Of a DNA stretch of 64,000 nt, positions 55,921-64,000 are shown piece by piece. The notes beneath the pieces were generated by a model. The model searched no databases. It was not told where the DNA came from and was given only the letters and a program-made list of their open reading frames with translations. Position 1 is the first letter of the stretch; the number at the start of each line of letters is the position of its first letter. Position numbers and translations under genes: made by a program. The stretch lies in the sequence record NC_041974.1; one strand, 5' to 3'.

Positions 55921-56991
55921 ATGGCTGGAGTGGATATTGGGCAATCGATTCAAAACTCGATTAAGGCAGCAGGTTCAGTAACAACCAACGCCGTGAACAA
56001 AGTTCAATCAACTTTTGTCGGAGGCGTGAAAGAAGACCTGGCATTAATCGATGCCAAAGCGAAGTCAGCGGTACAAACCCTGAACTCGTTTAAAGATACC
56101 CAGATTGGTGCTATCGATGGCTTTATTAAGAAAGTCTCCGGGGGTGCGCTCAGCATCTCTGAACTCTCGAGCATCATCGATGTACGTAATGGCATCAGCA
56201 TTGACTACCAGCGCCTCTATCGTCGCTTAGGGGACGCGGCGGGTTTCCCGATGGATTCAATCATTGGGATGACGGCTGATCTTAAAATGGAAGTGGCGAA
56301 TCTCCTTGATGCCTATTCCAGCAAGAACTACACCTACCTGCTTAATAAAGCCGGGGTGAAGATCGGGGTCAATGACTCGAGCTATCAAGCGGCACAGTTG
56401 ATTGCTGGTGTGATCAGTAAGATGTCCAAGTCGGACTCTGACTTTAATACCATGGTGGATGAAGCAGCGCAACTGGCGTTGTTAAATGTCATGGTGCGTA
56501 ATGCGGTGCAGGTCGGACTCTGGTCGGGGATTGATACCTTACTGGGTCAGTACACCGATAAAGCAGCTGGGATCACCAATCTGGCGACCTGTGCCCAGAT
56601 CTCAATTCGGGGTGGGGATGTCTTTACCACCAAGTACATCATTGACACCGTCGGGATTGCGCGGGTCACTGCACTGAACACCGATTTCCTGACTGACATG
56701 TTGCGTTACTTTAAGTTCAAGAGTGATGTGACTGCGGACCAGTACGCGAACTACCTGGCGACGTTGACTTACTGTTTACAGCAGGCCGAAGCGGATTGGG
56801 CGTATATGCAGTTCGGTACAGTGCGGGCATTACGGTTAAAGCCGTTCACCAATGCATCTACCGATGCAATTACCTTGTTTCAGCATACTGACGAATACCG
56901 TCAACACGTCATGATTGCCCGGACTTATCCACCTCGTGATCTGATGGATTTACTGAAACAGAATTACCCGTACATGGCTGTCGTGCAATAA
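55921..56991 (+). CDS. Putative virion structural protein
   Basis: GAGG RBS; 356 aa; next to the tail module. Confidence 0.6.
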   Translation: MAGVDIGQSIQNSIKAAGSVTTNAVNKVQSTFVGGVKEDLALIDAKAKSAVQTLNSFKDTQIGAIDGFIKKVSGGALSISELSSIIDVRNGISIDYQRLYRRLGDAAGFPMDSIIGMTADLKMEVANLLDAYSSKNYTYLLNKAGVKIGVNDSSYQAAQLIAGVISKMSKSDSDFNTMVDEAAQLALLNVMVRNAVQVGLWSGIDTLLGQYTDKAAGITNLATCAQISIRGGDVFTTKYIIDTVGIARVTALNTDFLTDMLRYFKFKSDVTADQYANYLATLTYCLQQAEADWAYMQFGTVRALRLKPFTNASTDAITLFQHTDEYRQHVMIARTYPPRDLMDLLKQNYPYMAVVQ

Positions 56992-56994
56992 CCA

Positions 56995-57043
56995 ACATAA
57001 GGAGAGGGCGTTTGCCCTCTCCTCTATGCCGTCTTTTTTTTTT
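56995..57043. terminator. Bidirectional terminator with TATGCC motif
   Basis: ACATA-AGGAGAGGGC-GTTT-GCCCTCTCCT-CTATGCCGTC-T10. Confidence 0.8.
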
Positions 57044-57073
57044 GGTTCTAAATTAACTTAAGTGTTACCTTCT

Positions 57074-59062
57074 TCAATTTCTGTAGGTACCCTCGACAAA
57101 TGCGCTGATTGCCTGCCCGACCAGCGAGGACGAGAAGGTTGCAGCCATTTGGGTTGGAGACACCCACTGTTTCACATCGAGCTGGGTCTTGGCTAACACG
57201 CGTGCCAATTTGTCTGAACGGTAGATCTGTTCATTCAATCCCATGCCAGACAGCACCGCCAGGTAGTCGGAGTAGTTGTTGTCATCGGTCATGAGCTTAG
57301 CCGCTGCACGTGCCGGGTTGGTTAAGTCACCCGGGTTCAACGCAGGATCGATCGGTGCATGCAGCATTGGTGACATATCGGCCACCGAGAACGTCACGTC
57401 AATCCCCAAAGGATGTTTGTCTTTGTTCCAGCCCACGTTACCCACACCACGTTGAATACTCATTGAGTCGATCATCCCTAAACGGGTTTGTGAGCGACCT
57501 TTTGAATACGCTTCGACTAAGAACGGTGAGGTATAGGCCTGAGCGCCCACAGAACGCGGTAGGACCATGTTTAACAAACAAACCAAGGGAATGATCAGGT
57601 TCTGGATGCGTGCCACTGGGTGACCGTACGGAGAGCGTAGATTGATGGTGTACGTTTCCCGGGGTAAGGATGCCGTCGAACCTGTCCAGTGTTGTGGGAT
57701 CTCAATGTACCCTTGACCCAGCATCAGGTTAACAATCCCACCAAGACTGGTGCCCGATGCATAACCTTGGACTACCTGCATACTGGAGTCAATCAAGGCA
57801 TCGATCGGTGCAAAGCCAGTCTTACCACCGCCAGCCATGAAGCGAGCATCCTGTGCTGCAGTAGACGCACCGTTCAGTATCCCGGTTAACTGGTTCTCGC
57901 CAAACGAACTCTGGAAGGATTCCCCGATCGCCCCGTTATGGTTGACCTTAAAACCAATAAAGGAACCGCCATCACGTAACTCCGATTCCATGTGGTCGAG
58001 CACACTGTTAAAGAACCCAGTGGATTTCTCCACATCAGTGACCGACGCAGCATCACCTGTGGCAGTTGGTGCAGTTACTCCGGTATCACCATCAGCATCC
58101 GTGGTGTAGTTCCCCGCCCCTTCCATCCCGGTACCAGACGGATCTTTCACTTGACCCAATCCCGAACTGAAGTAGGACTGCAGATACGTGGTCAGATTAG
58201 ACTCTGGGCTGTCGCCAGCCGGATCGGTCCATTCGTTACCGTGTTTGTTAATCGCCCGGATCGCACTGTTACGTTCAGTTACCGAAGAGGACTCGATACG
58301 CTGGGCCAGTGCTTTCTGCCAACGAATGTGTTTACGGTTTGCACGGTTAGCAAGATAGAAAAGGTCAACAGAACCATCAGCACGCCACAAACCAGGCAAC
58401 ATGTTCGCAAGCAGTTTACGCTCGTTCGGTGTGTAAGCAGAGAAGTCAAACGTTTGTTCCTTAGCCTGAGCATGACGTGTACGGAATGCCGGTGGGATAA
58501 TCCCCATGTTGATCATGATGGCGTTCAACATATTGGTACAGGATTTCCAATAGAGCGGCATTGCGTTCTTGGAGTAATAGAACTTGGATTTCGGAATCCC
58601 CATCAACCAGGTAACCGTGGTATAGGTGACCGAGATGGCCTGCAGTGGCCAGTGCACAATCGCTGACGCCGCTTCGGCAAAGTGGAACAACCAACCCGGA
58701 GCACGGCCAGTACGCGCCAGGTAGGCGGCATTGGCATCAAACATGTTGGCCAGGAAACTGAAGATCCCGTTGAACTCCGGCACCCCCATACGGAAATAGA
58801 CCACATCGGCATTGTCATCAATGTTAGCACTATAGTCCGACCCCATTCCACCAAACTGATCATTCCACCAACGACTGGCACGAATGTCACAGCTCGGCGA
58901 CCACTGAGGCGGTGGGTTAATCCAGAAGTTACCACCCGGGGTTGTGTCTGTGAATTTGTTTCGGGCCTTCTGATATTGCCTACGGTCTTTTAACCCGTCA
59001 TCAATATTTACACCAGAAAGCATAAATGCCTGTTGTAAATAATCATGGTCTTTAATGTTCAT
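57074..59062 (-). CDS. Putative tail or baseplate structural protein (phiKZ-like core)
   Basis: GGAG RBS; directly downstream of the giant lytic tail gene; YTSPFLVEAYSKGR..GMIDSMSIQRG. Confidence 0.65.
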   Translation of the reverse strand: MNIKDHDYLQQAFMLSGVNIDDGLKDRRQYQKARNKFTDTTPGGNFWINPPPQWSPSCDIRASRWWNDQFGGMGSDYSANIDDNADVVYFRMGVPEFNGIFSFLANMFDANAAYLARTGRAPGWLFHFAEAASAIVHWPLQAISVTYTTVTWLMGIPKSKFYYSKNAMPLYWKSCTNMLNAIMINMGIIPPAFRTRHAQAKEQTFDFSAYTPNERKLLANMLPGLWRADGSVDLFYLANRANRKHIRWQKALAQRIESSSVTERNSAIRAINKHGNEWTDPAGDSPESNLTTYLQSYFSSGLGQVKDPSGTGMEGAGNYTTDADGDTGVTAPTATGDAASVTDVEKSTGFFNSVLDHMESELRDGGSFIGFKVNHNGAIGESFQSSFGENQLTGILNGASTAAQDARFMAGGGKTGFAPIDALIDSSMQVVQGYASGTSLGGIVNLMLGQGYIEIPQHWTGSTASLPRETYTINLRSPYGHPVARIQNLIIPLVCLLNMVLPRSVGAQAYTSPFLVEAYSKGRSQTRLGMIDSMSIQRGVGNVGWNKDKHPLGIDVTFSVADMSPMLHAPIDPALNPGDLTNPARAAAKLMTDDNNYSDYLAVLSGMGLNEQIYRSDKLARVLAKTQLDVKQWVSPTQMAATFSSSLVGQAISAFVEGTYRN

Positions 59063-59091
59063 TCACCAACTCCGAATGATTAAGAATAAGA

Positions 59092-59113
59092 AGGCGGGGT
59101 ATGATCCCCGCCT
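59092..59113 (-). terminator. Hairpin between the tail genes
   Basis: AGGCGGGG-TATGAT-CCCCGCCT. Confidence 0.55.
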
Positions 59114-59124
59114 GATGTTACTGA

Positions 59125-62100
59125 CTAGCCATTACCGTACTTGCGAGCAAAGCTCACCGGTGGTGTACCGGCACCACTGGCAGGTGCTTGCGGTGCCGCC
59201 GGTGCAGGTTTGTTCAACATCTGGGTTTGCACCGCAATGAACTGCTTCATGATCTCAACCAACGAGTTCATGTTATTGTCGATGTTCGCCAGGTGGTCTT
59301 TACTGCCAGAGATCGCCGCAGCAGACTCTTTCGGTAAGACCGGTACGGGTGCCGGTGCAGGGGTAACTGTCGTGACCTGCGGGGCATTAGGAACCTGCCC
59401 TTGGGTCGGTTGCATGCGAGGAGGTGTGTTAAGGGTTGGGGTGGTTGGTGTTGGCGTAGACGCATCAGCGGCTGCTTGCTTATCGATAGCCGATGCCGTG
59501 GAGTCTTTGGCATTCGGTGTCGATGAACCTGCAGAAACGGCTGCGGCTACACTTGGTCCACTTGTTGACTTCAATGCTGGCGCATCACCCTGGCCCGGAG
59601 GTGGTGCTACGGCATTAGCCGCAGATGCACCCGGTGCAGTCAGCTCAGCTGCCGTCTTCGCGCCCGACAATGCCGGAGTAGAAGGCCCGCTCTGTGCTTG
59701 ACCGGATGCCAAGGTTTGTGCCTGGTTATCCTCAGCTGCATCACCTTGTGGGCCAGCAGACTGATCTTTACCCGAGAGAATGTCATCAAACTTCCCAGTC
59801 CCCATTAGATCCGTATACTGTTTGAACAACTGACCACGTTCAGCTAAACCGTGTGTCCCGCCGTTAACCAATTTGGTAACAGTATTCAGATCCCCTTTCT
59901 TCGCAGCTTCCTCAATCCCATTACGCGACTTCCAATACCACAGTGCTGACTTCGCAGCCATGGTTGGGTCAGTCGAGAGTTTATCGGGATCGGACACCAG
60001 GTCAACGCCAAGGCCTTTACTGGCGGCTGCGTAGTTGGCTTTACCGGTCAGCTGCATGAAGCCACGTCCACGGTACTTCCAACCATCTCCCGGTTTGTCG
60101 TTCCCCATACGACCGCCGTAGATCGAGTTGGCAATCGCCACTGGACCCGCTGTCGCTAACTGCTGCGCAGCTGCCAGGGTGGGGAAGCGGTTAGGCCAGA
60201 GCCTCATCAGAGTCTCTGCTTTATAACGCAGGTTCTCTTCGAGTTTGCTAAAGCCTCCGGACTCCAGGTGAGTCTGGGCCAAGAGCATGGCGAGTTCTTG
60301 TTTATCCGTAATGCCGGACTTCATGGCTTCACGAATCAAGATACGCGCACCCTCTTCAGCACCTGGACCTAACTTAATCGGCCCAACCTTCCCGGTGTTG
60401 TCAATCCCCCCGCCTGCACCTGCCGCACCACCTGCCGCACCGCCACCATAGGCTGTCTCGATACGTCCCGTTTCCGGGTTGTATGTTGTTACCTGACGCT
60501 GAGAGGTATAGACTTGACCGGTACTCGTCTTCACCTGGTTGTTCACCATGTTACCGGACGAGTCCTTACGCCAATCTTTCTCAGTAGTGCCATCGGCCCG
60601 TTGTTGCACACCGCCTTTTACCGCTTCAGCAGAATACTGCGCTTGTTTGACTTGTGCCTTCAGGTTATTCAGGTGGTTTTGAACAACAGAGGCATCATCA
60701 TTAAGTTCACCGGTTGACCACGGCGAGGTCTTAATGGTCCAAACAGAGATCGCATTCACGCCATCGCTGTATTTGGCATTGGTTATCGCTGTCGCTGCAG
60801 CGAACTTCAACTCAGGTGGCATCTTCGGTACAGCAAGCGTCGGTCGACTGTCTCCGGTCTGGGTATATACCGTGCTGGCAAACGCTAAGTACGCTGGTAA
60901 GAAGCGACGAGTAAACCACGGCTCCCATGATTTGTAAGACCACTGGTTGGATGGACTCAAGCCAAAGCTTGCAGCAACAACCCGGTAGATGTCTGAGGCT
61001 TTACCGTCAAACGTCGCACCATTATCTGCAAACTTGATCTTGTTCGCCATCACCAGTTCCAACTGCAGGAGTGTCGACACACGATCAACATCCAACGTTG
61101 GCAGGCCATACACTTTCATACGCAGCGCAGTGAGATCATCCATCGGCTGACCGGCTTTAGGTAGTAAGCCACCTAAGAGATCCCCGGCACTGACCACAGT
61201 ACGATCACCGGTAAACCACGACGACTCTTTATGCCCAACCGTTTTCAGCTCAGGGATATCACCATTTGGATTAATGGCTTTGACCATGTCACTGCTGAGT
61301 TCACGGCTGGAGGCAACCTTATCCATCCCGGTTGCAAAGACCGACGCTGATTTCCCCGTGGTCATCTTCTGAGCTTTGTTGCGCAGACGATCCAGCACAT
61401 CTTTTACCAGCGCTTCGGTCTGTTTGCGATCAGTTGCATTCAGATCCGGGAAGATACGACCAGTAAACATGTACGGGTGATCAGATGACTCATCGAACTG
61501 TTGTGCGCGTTTGGCGATCTCGTACTTTGCCGCTTCATCCGTCGACTTATCCAGATCCATGAAGGCCTGGCTTGGGAGGACTTGTTTCGCCACGGCTTTG
61601 TGGGTCAGGTAAACCGGTTTGAAGCGATGCAGGAACCAACCCGCGAATTGCTCCACTTGCTCACGGTCATTCGGGTCATCAACAAACAATGAACCGAGTT
61701 GGGCGATTGGGGCTTTCGGGTCGAGTGAGGCATAGCCATCATCGGTGGTTTTGACATACGGCTCTAACGCTGCTTCCAACTTCAGGATGGCTGAGACATG
61801 ACTGGAGTCATTATCCGGAACACCATACTGACGCAGGCGCATCTGCTGCAGTAAGCCCGGGTCATTAAACCAGGTGTATAAAGAACGACCGATAGCACCG
61901 CCCCCTAATGCACCAATGGCACCGCCAGCAATAGCACCGATGGCTGTACCGACAACTGGCACGACTGAACCGATAGCGGCACCCATCGCCGCACCACCCA
62001 GAATACCACCAACACCGGAGCCAGCTGCTTCTGCCACACCTGCGTTATCACCTGCCTTGTACGAATCCCACGCTTCCAGTGCTGAAACCCCGGCTGTGAC

Positions 62101-64000
62101 AATCCCGCCACCTTTAACCAGTAGTTTCAGGTTACCGGCAACACCACGACCCAACATACCGCCTGTACGACCAACGATACCTCGGCCGAGACCACGAACA
62201 CCCCGGGCGGCTTTGCCGGCTAAGCGACGGATCAATCCGCCACGTGGACGTGGACCGCCGCCGCCAGCACCGCCGCGGTTACGACGACCACCCCGACGCC
62301 TGCGACCGCCATCCTCTTCACCGCCCTCATCATCATCACCGAGCGCATCGCTGAGTTCATCCATGACGCCTTTGCCGCCGGAGATCACACTACCGATCCC
62401 TTTGACAATATCACCGATCCAACCCAGCCCTAAGAACTTGGCCAGCCCACCGAGGATACCGAACTCCTTGATACCGGAGACCAGACCAGTAACGGAGGAG
62501 AACAACCCTGCCACCAATCCAAACAATGTGGTGGGTTTCTCCTTGTCTTTGGCGTGGTCATCAGAGTCATGTGCGTGTTGGGCTTCTTCACGTTCTTTCT
62601 TCTGTTGAGCACGGCGACGAATCAGATCAGCAACCGAGTTATTGCGCACCCCATCGTGATCCGGGTCACTGGCATCTTCTCGTTTCTTATCACGCAGCAT
62701 CCGCCATAAGCCACGAGTCGCTTTGAAGCCTAGAACCGCCGGCATGACGGTAGTCCACTTCGCAACGGTCAAAACGGGACTGTTGATGTTCGGTAAGCTT
62801 TTGAAGACTTTACGAATCAACCCAGATGACTTGCCTTGGTTACTCATCCGACCCGACAGTTTACGCAACCACCCCTGACGCTCATTCACCGAATCCTTCA
62901 TAATGTCAGGATCACCGGTCACTTGCGCAATGGTGGCATCTTTGGTCGCTGTTACGCTATCACGCACAGAGGCCAGGACACCGATGGTTTCACGCAGCAA
63001 GGCATTGTTATCAAGTTGGGCCTGTACAATCGCTGCCGTCTCTGAGGCACTGCCCGCATCCGGTGCAGTAATCCCTTCAGAAGGTAAGCGAGTGCGTGAA
63101 GCCCGATCCGCCGTACCGTCATTGAACACCCCAGAGGAGCGTACGACTTCTGCTTCCTGAGCAATCTCTGAAGCCGCCTCTTCTACAGCCTGACGACCAA
63201 AGCGACGTTGCAGTTCGGTGGTGGCATTACGCAACGCTTCCTTACCACTGGATGCAGCATTCAACAGCGCTTGTTTCACCGCACTGGTGTCCGGACGAAC
63301 TGAGTTGATCTTGCCAAACAAGTTACTGGCACTTTCACCCATGTTACGCAATGAATCACCCAGACCGCCACTGCCGCCTGCAGCGCCTGCCGCACCCGCA
63401 CCACCAAAGCCGTTTACTCGATCGCGCAGACTTTGGCCAAGGCTGTTATCCAAACGACGAGCAATACGATTAACAGCAGCCTCCCCATATCGCGCACGAA
63501 GCTGCTGAAGCACCACTTGATAATATTCCGGGCTGTTAGCTCGGGCTTGGGAAAGTTGTGCACGGATCTCCTCCTCTTGTTCACGGGTGAGTCGACCCCG
63601 CAGGTTGCCCAGACTGTCTGTCACGCCACGACGCAGGTTATCCAGCGTCTCACGCCCCATCTCACCGAGTTCTGCTCCAGGGTTAACATTACTGCCGCGT
63701 TCATTGGAATCTTCCCCTTCACGATCAGGACGATAGTTCGGGTTAGCAATGAACTTCTGCATCATCTCCCAGTACATCTCGTGGTTAAAGACATCCTGGC
63801 CATTAACCCGTTTGATGACACCCATGTCTTTGAGCTGTGCCCGACTACCACTGTTAGCCATGGTATTCAGTGACTGCTCGACATTCGGCATATACTGCGA
63901 CTGGGCCTGCATAACGTTAGACAGGTTATTACGCATCTGTGCCAGTTCGGGTGCATCGCCAATCTGATAATCACCAAAGGCTTTGGCCCGACCGGTTGCT
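59125..64000 (-). CDS. Giant tail (tape-measure-like) protein with GH19 peptidoglycan hydrolase domain; N-terminus outside window
   Basis: LLAQTHLESGGF..EENL..YGGRMGN..GDGWKYRGRGFMQLTGKANY; Gly-rich hydrophobic tape-measure segments; frame stays open from 63936 to the window edge. Confidence 0.85.
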   Translation of the reverse strand, partial: ATGRAKAFGDYQIGDAPELAQMRNNLSNVMQAQSQYMPNVEQSLNTMANSGSRAQLKDMGVIKRVNGQDVFNHEMYWEMMQKFIANPNYRPDREGEDSNERGSNVNPGAELGEMGRETLDNLRRGVTDSLGNLRGRLTREQEEEIRAQLSQARANSPEYYQVVLQQLRARYGEAAVNRIARRLDNSLGQSLRDRVNGFGGAGAAGAAGGSGGLGDSLRNMGESASNLFGKINSVRPDTSAVKQALLNAASSGKEALRNATTELQRRFGRQAVEEAASEIAQEAEVVRSSGVFNDGTADRASRTRLPSEGITAPDAGSASETAAIVQAQLDNNALLRETIGVLASVRDSVTATKDATIAQVTGDPDIMKDSVNERQGWLRKLSGRMSNQGKSSGLIRKVFKSLPNINSPVLTVAKWTTVMPAVLGFKATRGLWRMLRDKKREDASDPDHDGVRNNSVADLIRRRAQQKKEREEAQHAHDSDDHAKDKEKPTTLFGLVAGLFSSVTGLVSGIKEFGILGGLAKFLGLGWIGDIVKGIGSVISGGKGVMDELSDALGDDDEGGEEDGGRRRRGGRRNRGGAGGGGPRPRGGLIRRLAGKAARGVRGLGRGIVGRTGGMLGRGVAGNLKLLVKGGGIVTAGVSALEAWDSYKAGDNAGVAEAAGSGVGGILGGAAMGAAIGSVVPVVGTAIGAIAGGAIGALGGGAIGRSLYTWFNDPGLLQQMRLRQYGVPDNDSSHVSAILKLEAALEPYVKTTDDGYASLDPKAPIAQLGSLFVDDPNDREQVEQFAGWFLHRFKPVYLTHKAVAKQVLPSQAFMDLDKSTDEAAKYEIAKRAQQFDESSDHPYMFTGRIFPDLNATDRKQTEALVKDVLDRLRNKAQKMTTGKSASVFATGMDKVASSRELSSDMVKAINPNGDIPELKTVGHKESSWFTGDRTVVSAGDLLGGLLPKAGQPMDDLTALRMKVYGLPTLDVDRVSTLLQLELVMANKIKFADNGATFDGKASDIYRVVAASFGLSPSNQWSYKSWEPWFTRRFLPAYLAFASTVYTQTGDSRPTLAVPKMPPELKFAAATAITNAKYSDGVNAISVWTIKTSPWSTGELNDDASVVQNHLNNLKAQVKQAQYSAEAVKGGVQQRADGTTEKDWRKDSSGNMVNNQVKTSTGQVYTSQRQVTTYNPETGRIETAYGGGAAGGAAGAGGGIDNTGKVGPIKLGPGAEEGARILIREAMKSGITDKQELAMLLAQTHLESGGFSKLEENLRYKAETLMRLWPNRFPTLAAAQQLATAGPVAIANSIYGGRMGNDKPGDGWKYRGRGFMQLTGKANYAAASKGLGVDLVSDPDKLSTDPTMAAKSALWYWKSRNGIEEAAKKGDLNTVTKLVNGGTHGLAERGQLFKQYTDLMGTGKFDDILSGKDQSAGPQGDAAEDNQAQTLASGQAQSGPSTPALSGAKTAAELTAPGASAANAVAPPPGQGDAPALKSTSGPSVAAAVSAGSSTPNAKDSTASAIDKQAAADASTPTPTTPTLNTPPRMQPTQGQVPNAPQVTTVTPAPAPVPVLPKESAAAISGSKDHLANIDNNMNSLVEIMKQFIAVQTQMLNKPAPAAPQAPASGAGTPPVSFARKYGNG

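Noticed and set aside
13711-57043. T8-T11 homopolymers as phase-variation tracts
   Set aside because: All lie in intergenic terminator contexts, not in coding or promoter-spacer positions.
57992-62608. Long plus-strand ORFs (57992..58666, 59141..59701, 61874..62608)
   Set aside because: Antisense shadows of Gly/Ala/Pro-rich tail genes.
1-64000. CRISPR array, rRNA or transposase
   Set aside because: No regularly spaced direct repeats, rRNA-like sequence or transposase motifs seen.

Overview
64 kb segment of a phiKZ-related jumbo myophage, probably of an Enterobacterales host such as Erwinia or Pantoea (inferred from an AmsF/WceF-like tailspike-fold protein and E. coli-like nrdB, tdk and ygiB). 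Lineage evidence: a stand-alone C-terminal piece of a split RNAP beta subunit, phiKZ-type UvsX and RNase H, a giant tail protein with a GH19 lysozyme domain (cut by the window end), head proteins with A/G-L-E maturation motifs and a TAYATTAC-type promoter. About 1-43 kb is a mostly + strand accessory and nucleotide-metabolism region (kptA, nrdB plus HNH endonuclease, ygiB, higA-like, MazG-like, tdk, hslU, DHFR fusion, Lar-like, many hypotheticals). About 43-64 kb is core replication, transcription and virion genes. Most notable observations: (1) an uncalled 47-aa ORF that looks like a free-standing NrdA C-terminal redox tail (acidic linker ending in CEGCKI); (2) an HNH endonuclease cassette that carries a recoded replacement 3' end of nrdB, leaving the original tail and its terminator downstream; (3) a SLOG / DarG-like macrodomain / NADAR-SLOG cluster; (4) a conserved TTATGCY motif behind at least 13 terminator-like hairpins. 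No tRNA, rRNA or CRISPR array was found. All homology calls come from motif recognition by eye, not from database searches.
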